A stretch of 64,000 bases of DNA from Styela clava (lineage: Eukaryota): the NCBI RefSeq assembly GCF_964204865.1, contig NC_135260.1, positions 496,001-560,000 of the forward strand, written 5' to 3'. Below, piece by piece: positions 11,490 to 23,100 of the stretch. The notes under the pieces are model-generated. The model was not told the origin of the DNA. It saw only the letters and a program-made list of their open reading frames with translations, and ran no database searches. Every line of letters begins with the position of its first letter. The stretch's first letter is position 1. The translations under genes were made by a program, and so were the position numbers.

Positions 11490-13133
11490 CTGCGAAACAT
11501 AAACGAAAACAGAATTTAAATTGAATCCTCAGTTTTACAGTCCGTATTCAGTAAATATTCTGTAAGAAGATATGTACCCCACTCTCTCTCTGGTTGAAAA
11601 TAGGAATATGAGATGGGTATTGCTTAATTACACGTTATGATGTGGTTGTTGAAAATAGCGCCATAAAAATATGAAAGGATTTATATTCTTATAATAAAAC
11701 GATTGTTAGAAGACATGTACAAGACCGTTTGACGAATATAAAAAAATTGCAAACGTATTTCAAAGGAAAATATATCGTGGACACAAACCTTCCAAAGCCT
11801 TCTCTTCTTCTTTTGTGCACGGTCCTTCCTGAAATGGAACAAAAGAGAAATGTTTAAATATATGGATATGAAGGCTGCACATCCGTGCAGTAATGTCTTA
11901 GCTGAGCAGAGGTTTCCCGTGAAAAACTGTTCCCACGGAATGAAGTGAAAACAAAAAATCTGGGATTATAGTATGTTTTGAACCTTCAGTACTTATAGAT
12001 GTAAGAAATTGCTAGAAAGTTCAATATATAATTTTTGTTTTCAGATTTCAAGCAAAACAGTTTAATTTCTAATTTCTATAAATAATACCAACAATATGAA
12101 ACTACTACTGAAGCTCTCACCGTAACGTTTTTTCAAGTAGGTTTTCCGTCGCGAACCATAGGAATCCAGCATTTCTCACCTGTCAATTAAAATTAGAAAT
12201 CGAGCAAAATAATCATTTTAAAATAGGGTCATACCAGATAAACGGAAGGTATGTTACTGAACTTTTTTCACATCGAGACAAATTCAGTACCTATTTACTT
12301 ATGGCGCACATTCGCTCATTCCATATTTAATTTCATAATGCTGCGCCCGTCATGCGAACGCACTATTTTTCCTCGATGATGATTGATCGAATCAAATTTG
12401 AACTATTATGCCCGCCATAGGGAAACCTAATGATGTTTAACGTTACTGCAAGCATGGTCTAAGATCTGTTCGATACCCGCGATTCAGTTTCGAGAATCTG
12501 AGTATCGTAACAATTCTTTCAGGCTAACAATGAACTCAGGAATAAACAATAAACTCAAATTCACTCATAGTTTGCTGCTCTGGACCTTCTTCAGGATTCA
12601 CATAGTTCCGAGTATTTCTGTAGTTTATTCAACATCTTTCGATGAGATTTATTTGACGTTTTGCACGTCTTTCCACCCGAACAAGACTCTGTGTTAACGG
12701 CCACTGATACGTTATTAGCTGATATATTTTAGACGGGCACAATCTTGTTGATTCGGCATTACTTATTCAGTTTACAACAATGTATATTACGATACAAAAT
12801 TTTAGGTTTAAAAACTGAAACATTCCGTATGAGGTAATCCTCTCATCGAAGATTTAAAACCAAAGCGCTGTATTGCATACTCGTATATATATTATGATGA
12901 AGGAACGGCCATTTGGCACAATCATCATTTATTTTTATAGTGGCCCCCGCTTTTGGAGTGCAACAAAGGTCTAGTTAGAATTTCTCCGTAACTAATTCAA
13001 CTTTTAAAGAGAGATCGATGTTTGCCATGTTATTACACCGCCATACTGACTTCCTCTATGCTGGAACAAACTTAAAAATTATACATAGATACGTTGGCTA
13101 CGTATAATAAACAACAAATCCGGAATCTGAGTC

Positions 13134-13256
13134 TTTCTTTCCTGCCCTCAATTTCATTCTGTCGCAATTTCTGAAAGATGTTCTGATTTATCTACAACCA
13201 CAGAAGCAACATCTTTCAAAAATTGCGACAGAATGAAATTGAGGGCAGGAAAGAAA
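13134..13256. repeat. Near-perfect inverted repeat, 49-bp arms and 25-nt loop
   Basis: TTTCTTTCCTGCCCTCAATTTCATTCTGTCGCAATTTCTGAAAGATGTT and its reverse complement, one mismatch. Confidence 0.92.
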
Positions 13257-13369
13257 AATGAACGCAGGTCAGTCAGTCAGTTCCATGGCAAGTTTACTGA
13301 AAGGTTGCGAATGGGGTCGGTACTTTAGTTCAAGACAATTTCTTCCAAGCAAGATTACGTAGATTCACT

Positions 13370-13900
13370 ATGAATTAGTGAAAACTCATCTTTGAGAAAC
13401 GCCACGCGCTTTCACTCAGAAGTAGAGTAGATTTCAGAGAAAGAATTAAGAGGATACGTTTCGTGCAATCATCCAGAAGTACGGGAAAATCATCTCTGAG
13501 CATGGTTATGGGCGACTACTGAAATTCAAGGGCTGCAGCAACTACGTGAAATTATGGGAATCAGGAGTAAAGGAGAAATGTTACAGGCGACCACTAAAGT
13601 GCCAAGAGCTTCTCAAAGCAAAAACAATATAGTATTAAAATAATGCGTTATGCGCACTCACTTGAAAGTAAAGGAGACTCGTCTCAGAGTAAATTTACAG
13701 GCACTCACTCAAAAGTGATTGAGACTTGTTTCTGAGAAAAGTTACGGACACTCACTCAGAAGTGAAGGACACCCATCTATGGAAAAAGTTACGGGCACTC
13801 ACTCAGAAGTAAATGAAACTCATCTCTGAGAAATGTTACAGGCACTCACTCAGACACTCAGAAGTGAAGGAGTCTCATTGGTAAAGTTACGGGCACTCTG
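13370..13900. repeat. Degenerate array of the same 47-bp satellite between genes A and B
   Basis: Repeated CACTCACTCAGAAGTGAAGGA..CTCATCTCTGAGAAA.GTTAC.GG, clearest at 13655-13900. Confidence 0.8.
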
Positions 13901-14954
13901 ATGGCGTTTTGATAAAATTTCAATTGGGAAGCGCGGACTCTGCCCACATATGGTCTTCGGATAGGGTACTTTCCTCTTTACTTTCTTCGACCGGTACTTT
14001 AACACCTGATGTGAATACAAATACAGACTGATGTATAGCTTGAAAACATAAAATTGTAAATATAAACTTACTTGAAGTTGTGCTCTCAAGCACCGTCAAG
14101 CAGTAACTTTAAATCACAATAACTTGACTGAATTATGCATAGTTATGCCTATCATTGCCCATAGATTTCTTCTGAGAGAGAAACCTATTATTAAAGAATT
14201 GAATAAAGATGACTTGAATGTAGAATGGAAGTTGGCCAACTGGATTCACACGAACACCCTCAAAGATTTCAACAAGGTGCGAGATGACAGCAAAAAATTG
14301 TTTCGCATGATTGACCTCATGGGGATGACAAAGGAATAAACACGTTTTATTTATTGTGCCAGCCGTTGGTAGGGACAGGTGGGAATGTGTTTTCATTATT
14401 GTTGTTTCGTGAAACTAATGCAGGCAATTTTATGCTCAGTTTTTTTTTTTGTTTGCTTTTTTCTTTCTCAATCTTATACGATCTTGTTCCATTAGCATTG
14501 ATCGAACTTTTCAAAAAATCGTGGCCGCGAGGTGGAGCTATGGATCAATATACTAATTACCTGCTGCTATGCTCATATGAAAATAAATCGATTTTCTCTT
14601 CAACTATTAGACCACTCCATTTCATATTTCCAAAGGTGCGTGGCGGTCAGTTAATATTATTTTTATCTTCCCTGGGTCGCTAACTAATAACTTATGTTGT
14701 GTTTGAATGTAAAGTGCGCTTTTACGTGGATTTCCCGATGATATATTTTGTCGAAGTCGGACTCAACAAGCGGTTCACGGTCCTGTTAACACCTCCTAAT
14801 CTCTCTGAACAAGGATTTAGACAAGCAGCGACACTGCTGATATTGAAAGAACCAGAATATTTTCTGCCAGACCTGGCCAACCGGATTCTTCTCGTATTGG
14901 CACTATGTGAATTTTATCCCGTAATTATATTCTACAATGGGCCCTTTCCCCCTA

Positions 14955-15146
14955 CACCGGAACGTAGTATGTGTACCAGGTTTGGGTTGGGCCATAATTT
15001 GATTCCAATTTTTTCTTATTTCAGTTCTACTACAAGTTTAGGAACTAGCCAATTGACTCCCATAGGATCTATATCTAAAATGATGGCTTAACCTGGTACT
15101 TATACTACGTTCCGCCCTCCGCCATCTTGCTTCATATAACTACAGG
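14955..15146. mobile_element. MITE family 1 copy (5' truncated; same position as the 4545 copy in the duplicate)
   Basis: CACCGGAACGTAGTATGTGTACCAGG...CCGCCATCTTG. Confidence 0.75.
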
Positions 15147-15966
15147 ACTTTCCTACAATGCGCCATGCTCGGGATTACTCCTAGAAAATTTTGTCGTATT
15201 TGGACAATTTGAATAGAACTGTTTTTAAATTCCAATTCTCCGATTGAGCTAATTTCTTAGTTTTCTGAGAAATACATTTAACTCATCATATTCAAAATAA
15301 ATCGATAACGTTTTGCAAGACAATTTTATTCACACAAAGTAGCAAATAATATTTTTGCACTGAAAGTTCAAATTATTTTTCATAAATTTCATTTATTAAG
15401 TTCAGTTCGTGAAAAATAATTTGAACTTTCATTGACAAAATATTTTGCCGAAAAATGATAGGATTCAGAAACACATCTAAGAAATAAAATACCGGAGTGA
15501 AGTAAATAAAATAATAGTATATCACCCTAATTCACACACAAGAAAAATGAAATGCGAAAAAAGTTTTCGCCTTGTTTTGATAGCCATAGAGGGAAGGTGT
15601 TACGAAATATAAAACTTGCTTATTTTAAGAAAAGACAATGCTGTAATTTATTTCAACTTTGATAAATTTCTAACATTTTCTTATATTTCAAGTTACACTG
15701 AAATTTTGGCGTTTCAAAAGTATGTGCACCAAGATGACGCACAACCTGAAAACCCCAACCTGGTACACATACTATGTTCAGGTTGTGCGCAATCTTGAAA
15801 AAAACACCCAAATTTCAAGTTATTGTGAGTTTTTTTTAACTATTAGATAACCAGGAATAAATATGTTTGGAAAAAATAAGTTAACAGCGTGATTCAGAAC
15901 AATTCAAAGATATCATATACCACAGCAAATATAATAAAAAATATCATCAATCCTTATAATTCACAC

Positions 15967-16247
15967 TAGAGCTAAGATCTGGAGCCCGAGCCCCTGCCCG
16001 ACCCGATATTTCGAGTCGGGTCGGGCCTGAAATATCAAGCATTGCGTTCGGGTCGGGCCTATATTGTTAATCATTACGTTCGGGCCGGGTCTAAAATGTC
16101 AAACATTGCGTTTGAGTTAGGTCGGGCCCGAAAAGTCAATAATTGCGTTCGGGTCGGGCCTGATTTGTCAATCATTAGGTTCGGGTCGGGCCTGAAATGA
16201 CAATCATTACGTTCGGGTCGGGCTTATATATTGCTGGATTTTCATTC
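15967..16247 (+). mobile_element. One-ended fragment of a TAGAGCTAAGATCT-terminated element with ~33-bp subterminal repeats
   Basis: CATTGCGTTCGGGTCGGGCCTGA repeated ~7 times; same terminus in reverse complement at 62303-62353. Confidence 0.7.
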
Positions 16248-16688
16248 TAAGTTAACAGCGTGATTCAGAACAATTCAAAGATATCATATACCAGAGCAAA
16301 TATAATAAAAAATATCATCAATCCTTATAATTCACACACAAGAGAAATAAAATACAAAATTCATTGTAAAGAGGAGACAATGCTGTAATTGATTATGATA
16401 CCTTCTTGAATTTTTTATATTTCCTTCGGGTCACAACGAAACTTTAATTTAAGGAAAATCGAAAAATATGTCAAATTCAAATATAAAAGACAAGAAAAAA
16501 CTCTAGACTCAACAGTTGGGTAAATCAACCTAATATTTGTAAAAGATTTCACAGAAAAATCTTCTAAGTAATGTGGTTTTTCTATCTGGATGGAATATGT
16601 GGACCTAGGAATTTATATAAAAAGATATGGGTCTTAAAATATCAATTATTATGTGCTCTTGAACTTATGTCAAAACTATGTGCAAAAT

Positions 16689-16858
16689 CAACTTTGGAAA
16701 ATTCGCCCCATAGGAAATTTTGCCGCGTACGAAAAATCGCAAAAGTATCAAGTATTTATGAATAAAACAGTCAGGTTTATAGGGTTAGAGTATGCTCTTA
16801 AATAACGAATCTTTTTTTAAATAAGTGGATTTTTCCTACGGTGAATTTTCCTAGAACC
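16689..16858. mobile_element. MITE with 9-bp TSD (Mutator-like), absent from unit A
   Basis: TSD GTGCAAAAT at 16680-16688 and 16859-16867; empty site at ~5720. Confidence 0.75.
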
Positions 16859-19119
16859 GTGCAAAATATTTTAGTCAAGAAAAATTAACAACAATTACAC
16901 AGCTTTTACTTAAAGTGCTTTTAATCATGCGACAACCTTCTGAAAAGGTATTCGTCAATAAAAAGTTAAAATAGCAAAAACAAAAGAAATTCTGCAAAAC
17001 AATGAAGGAAAGTAATAAAAAATCTATTCCGGTCAAAGATGTTCAAATCAAAATTATTCAGAATCTTTATTTTATGTTAATTTTTTTTTTCAAGGTTGCT
17101 AAATTAATCTAGTTTGCTTAAAACGATTCATCGTAAAATAACAAATTTCACAAACTACAGGTCTGTCGAATAGGAGTTGAGCAATTCCCCAAGATGAATT
17201 GGAGTCTGAATTTGTTAGAATTGCAGATTTTCAAAGATTTCAAAATAAATCGAAACTTCCTTATAAATTCTAAAAGCATTATTTTACTGAGCATTCGTTA
17301 CTGTCTATTAAAGAAAGTTTGCATTTACCAAAGGTTTCATTATCAAAAGTAAATTTTTTCAGAGTCGATTGTGATTTTTCTCTGATTCCACAGCTTTATC
17401 ATAAAAAGGTTCAATGAAAAATATCTGAAGACGATGTCTTTTCATTATTTTAGAAACTTTATTTTCAAAGATTTAGAAGTTACAGATACGAAGCCGTTAT
17501 TTAGTAAGTATCAAACGTTTTTGTAATTTACTGAAATTTCTTGATCATGGAATATATATTTAAATAAACCAAATCGCCAACATTTCAAGAACATTTACAT
17601 TCACTCAGATACAAATTGGGTTAAAACAATAAATTCAAAAATTTCTTGAACACATCTAAGAAATAAAAAAATAGTTTGTCCGGTAGAAATCTAACAATGA
17701 ATGCAGTTTTATTGGAATTCCTACCCAAGACGGCAGACACACAATTTGAATAAGTTCGCAATTAATCGCATCGTTTCAACATACATACTTCCGGGGTCAA
17801 AACCCCCTCTTTTAAATTTTTTTAAAAAACTGAAAAAGTCGTCAAAATAAAACCGTAAACAATATAGGTTTTGTTAAGGGTCGCGTCAATCTCAAAACGC
17901 ATTTCCAGTCATTGAAAACCGCAAAATTTCGTGTGCCTGTACTGCACAGACTCTTGTTTGGTCGGCGTTTACAAACATATCGTCCATATAATCGAAACAC
18001 GGTTAATTGTGGGCGATATTTGCCTTTTTATCTATTACTTTAAAATTGCCGTCAAAATTTTTTGTGTTGAACAAGGTTGAGAACGCGACATCATAATCAA
18101 TCTGGAGTATATTTGATCAATTTTTATTGTACGGAAATAAATTTCGCTCCGTGACATTTTACACCAGATGTACGGATTTTTTGAAAAGATTTATCTTTAA
18201 AAATAATCGTAGCATTGGGATTGAGCGGAGTCAGTAATACAAGCACATCTCTAATTTGTCAAATTCGCAATATAGAAAAAATACGAATCAAAACAATATA
18301 TAATCGGGCAGTTTACCACACGTTTTTATTTTCATGTCCGCGGATTGCCGTGGTGTTTTAGGGGGGCTCTTGTTTTGTCGACGCAACCGCAGGTTAAATT
18401 GAAGACAATTAAATTAAGAAAGTGAGAGTCTTTTCATTGATAAAGTCGGCTCTTTGAACAAGTGGCGCAATCGCGGCGGCTGTTCGGCGTGGATTTCGAG
18501 ACGATGAATATGTATTTTTGATTTACTGGTATACTTTCTATATATTTCCTATGTATGAAGTAACATTGTACTATACGGGATTTTATATCAGATTTCGAGA
18601 TTTGCCAACGGCGATTACGATTTCGCAAGATTCCAAAAACACGAATCAAAACTAAATACATCAGGCAGTTTATCTCATATATTTATGTCTACAGATCGTT
18701 GTGGTATTTTACTATAGTAATGTTTTTTGAAGTCGCAACCGCGAGTTACGTTGGACACAATTAAATCAATATATAAAGACATTTAAGAATCTCGTAGTTG
18801 TCATGGATTAAATATTTTACACGACAGAAAAATTATTATGCGCTGGAAGAGCGACTGTTTTAAAGAGAGCGTAATCGCGGTGACTGTTACAGACGATAAT
18901 GGAAATTTCCGATTTTGAAACCCCCTCTTTTGAAAATCCTGACTGCGCGCCTGAGTCGGGGTGTAAATTAAGCTGTATGTGTGGCTAACTAATATTCGGG
19001 AATACAAGAGCATATGCTTGATCAACTGTGGACATAGTAATTAAGCTACTAGGGTGAATAACAATTACTCTCAAACTCAAGTAATTCTACAGTTTTTTTT
19101 TATCAATCAATCAATAAAG

Positions 19120-20113
19120 TTATAATTCACTTTCACAGATGGCTCCGTTATATTCAGAGGAAGGACGAACATTATAAATCCCTTGATATATGTTTTCCGG
19201 GTTAAGATTGACAAGAACAACAACAGATGTCCACGATGCATAGGGCTTCGGATAATTAGGATACCAAACCTCTTTTGGCAGAGACATAGCTTGACCTGTC
19301 GTTGAATACAGCTGACTGTTCTGTGAAATAAAAATATGTTTTGAGAAATATAACAAATGGCAGTTTGAGAATATACTGGTTGAACCAGTAATCCTTGTCA
19401 TATGATCTGACAAAGCAAAACAAACTCATTTGATCTCCAGTAAGATACTGAATGAAGCGTGACACCATCACGTGATTATTCTGCTTAGTCACACTTCAGT
19501 GATTACCGTTGGTGAATGAGAATTGAATGACATAGACACATAAATCAAATTCTTCTCTGATTCAGTATCAGAGCTGTAAAGTTGAAGCCCTGGTGTTTGA
19601 GTCAAATTGTTGAATTACCCGGAAATATTACATGGAAACGAAAGTTTGTGGTTGAATTTAAAATAAAAACTGGAAAAGGCTGGCAAACAAACTTTTTAAA
19701 TTTGTATGAAAGTCAAATTTGATATCAGCTTGGATTAGTCAGTGTTATAAATGGCCCGATTTGAACTTCTCTCCTATGCTAAAGCTATATGAATTTAACC
19801 TCAAGATAAAATGAAATAGTAGTACATGGTAATGCAGAAACAATATCGGCTTCATTATATAATGATTTCATGTATGGCCGCACAAGCAACATGATTCAGA
19901 CTCGACCTACCTTGTAAGTCATTCCTGTATAAACATAAATGTATGACCATCCATCAGGAATCATTGGTCGTAAATAATCTAGAAGCAGATTGTAGTGTGT
20001 GACGTCATAAATGTTAGCAAGTTTGTTTTTGCAAAGAGATTCAGCGACGCTTAATGTGACGTTCTGTGCTTTGTAAACGATAGCTCGAATACATTCCAAA
20101 TTATAGCCACATT
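19120..20113 (-). CDS. Gene B C-type lectin-like domain exons (19911-20113, 19120-19320)
   Basis: CGYNLECIRAIVY...AESLCKNKLANIYDVTHYNLLLDYLR...TGMTYK|NSQLY...VWYPNYP...GIYNVRPSSEYNGAICESEL*. Confidence 0.8.
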
Positions 20114-23100
20114 CTGAAATAAAAATAATAGTCATAATAGTTTGGAGTCAGATATTTATGAAACAATTATTAAAGAGAATATTTATTTCTATGTGTTACT
20201 TAATAACCTTTATTTATTTCATTCATAATAATTGTCTTTTGTAGTTTTGTTACAATAATATTCTTGTGAGCCTTCAGTAGCTTTGATCATACGTCATCTT
20301 ATTTGCTTCAAGAAAGGTCATGCGAACTCACCCAGAAATAAAGTAAAATTTTCTCTGCGCAAAGTACGGGCAACCACTGAGGTATTAAAGCTTAAAAAAA
20401 ATGTAACAGTGAGATTTTGAAAAACATTTTTGTCTCAATGACGCGAGTTCATAGAGAACCGACACCGACACTATCGCCAGTGGATGCCGCGATTAATCAC
20501 CAGTATCAGTGTTCCTTGCACAGTAGGGATTCGACAAGCTTCGGACTCGTTCTCGGATTCGTGGCCGAATCTCTCGTGATTTGATACTCGGATTCGGCCC
20601 AAGCCTTTGATGATTTTACCCGAGTCTGTGACATCATACGTCACGCGATAGTCACTCGCAGCATGGCGCATTCGATGGGAAATTCATCTTTTTCGTTCTA
20701 TTTTGCCACGGGAGTGTTCTCTCTTTTATCCATCGCTTACGGCAAGAGTGCAATTCAAAACGACGTAAGGTGTTTAAAAAATATTTTTAAAATCTACTAA
20801 TTGACCATTAATCCGTAATCAGTGTACCCACATTTAGAAATAAAACAATAAAAATCGTGAATATTAATTTTAGAGGGAAGTGCAACTCGCAGATGTCAGT
20901 GGCGGTATAATAGTTTAAGGTTTTATGTACAAATACACGCTGGCATGTAGCAATCAAATGCATGAAATGTGAAATTATTAGTTAATGTTAATCAAGTCGA
21001 TTTCTATTGTCATTCAATGAGTATTTACATGTGCCATGCTTAGTTTCCAATCGAATTATTCTAATATTTTAAACAAATACCGGATTGTGAAATATGATCA
21101 AAACTCTTTCGAAATTTACTAGAAGACTGAAAACTTGGTAACAAAACTGCGTTTTTTATTTCATAATTTTGTCATAATTGATTATTATTTGTCACCGCGA
21201 CATTCCAGATAATGCTGGTAATCTATATTAAAGCACTTTTTTATTCACAAGTAAATATTGATTCTCATGCAACGGCAGACATCCTAGTTTGGTTTTTATA
21301 TTTCGGACAGAATTGTGAGTTTACATCGGTGAAGATGAGCTATCAATGAGTGAATTTACAACACAAATTAATTTTATTTCCACCTCCTTTGTAGGATTTG
21401 ATCCTCCATATCACAATTTGTAAATTACGGTCTCAATTTTAAGCGAACAATATTATCATTACTGTCCCTGGGATGCTATATTTTTGAAGCTGATAGTTGG
21501 TTTTTCATGTTTTTTAATTTTATATCGTGTTCGTGTTATTTACGTATTATAATAATAATTAAAACTTCGCAAATTGGTAATGTACTCATCTTTGGGCTAA
21601 AACAATGATACAAAATACAACTACAATGGTAAATCGGCAATAATGGCATTTATATTTGGTCAAAATGATATTTTTCCCTAAAATCTCGAGAAATTCCCAT
21701 AAATTACATTATAATTTGTCGTACTTATCTGTTTCGACGTTGCTGACTTTAAAAAAGCGATGTTGACGGGCTTTATGCAAAATTAGAATTAGAATTACTT
21801 ATCATTATCAGCGCCAATTACAAAGATGATTGTCCCGAAAGCAATGGTCTTTATGTGCAACGTTTTGAATTACCGGTACATAGTCTTATCTTACAAAGTG
21901 TTTAATTTAAGGCCAAAATACACGAACAACAGCATCACTTAGGTATTTATTTCGGAGCGATGTGTGAAAGTATTGGACTCAAGACTCGGACGCGAGTCCA
22001 ACGCAAATACTCGGATTCGGCCGAGCCAAACCTTCTTGGATTCGTCGCATCCCTATTGCACATTGTCTTATTCGCATTTAATGTGTAAAATCCCTCAGGC
22101 ATTTTAGAAATAAGAGCTCGTTGCCTATCTGTGGCCGCTTGTGCGAAGTCTTTTTCTGAAAGAATGTGTGCAAACTACCGGTAAGAACAGCATCCGCTTA
22201 CATATCAGTAATTGATTGTAAATGGCACATTCGGAATAAATGTGTTTTTAACGTCAGCTCTTGACGACGCAATAGTTGTTTGTGTAGAATGTTGTTCAGA
22301 GTGAAAGCATGAAAACCGGAAGGTATCTCCATTTTTGAGTGAGTGCGATGCCAGCGGTAATGGCTCGCGAGTCACATACGAATCAGGAGAAAGCACCTGA
22401 ATTTAATTATCAAGCGGAGGCAACAGGGATTCCCTGAGTAATCACGAATGAACTGGAAAGAGTCTGGCATTTGAATCTGCGAGCTGGCAGCAAGAATACG
22501 GTTGCAATAGGGATGGATATATAGACAGCAGGTTAGGAATAAGGATGGACATATGGTGCCAATACCCATTTAAATGGCTTATTCCTTACAGGGCTATTGG
22601 GCTGTCATATAGACAGTAGGTTAGGAATAAGGATGGATATATGGTCTCAATCACCATTCAAATGGCCTCCTCCATATAGGGTGATTGGACTGCTATATAG
22701 ACAACATGTTAGAAATGGAGGTTGAATGGTACTGATCGCTAAAGAAAAAAACTTACTTGGAGTGCACACTGGTGTTGTGGACCATGAGCCGTCAGCGTTG
22801 CATGTTCCCGTCTGTCCCCCTTCCAAAGTGAAACCATTTCTGCAAGAGTACCTGACCTCCTGATCCTCACTGTACAAGTCTTGCTCGGGAGAAATTGTTC
22901 CGTTCGCAAGATTTTGCTTCACGCACGGTGTATCTGCAAGAAAATCAAATGATAAAAAAAGCTTAACTTGACTTTCAGATTATTTGTTTGTGATTATTTT
23001 AAATTTATGAAAGTTTTCTTCACTTCAAACAAGGCTTCGTGGAAGCGACCACTGATACACACACACTCCAAGCAAGGGTTTGTGGCATTGTACAGCAGCA

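Larger units (their letters stand above)
6970..12179 (-). pseudogene. Gene A: tandem paralogue of gene B (coiled coil, MAM-like, CCP, C-type lectin-like), probably disabled
   Basis: Exons 12121-12179, 11789-11828, 11364-11489, 10153-10291, 9379-9466, 8905-8986, 8480-8653, 8192-8249, 7771-7972, 6970-7164. TGA at 12133-12135 where B has TGG; TAA at 8203-8205; microexon acceptor CAG changed to CAT; upstream sushi exon absent. Confidence 0.7.

Noticed and set aside
12133-12135. In-frame TGA as selenocysteine
   Set aside because: It aligns to Trp (TGG) in the paralogue, not Cys, and other disabling lesions accompany it.
14699-15091. 130-aa plus-strand ORF
   Set aside because: GTG start, runs into a MITE, and the paralogous region (4133-4381) does not keep the frame.
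16010-16225. Repeat-spacer pattern (GTTCGGGTCGGGCC with variable linkers) as CRISPR
   Set aside because: Linkers are homologous to each other; these are subterminal repeats of a DNA transposon.
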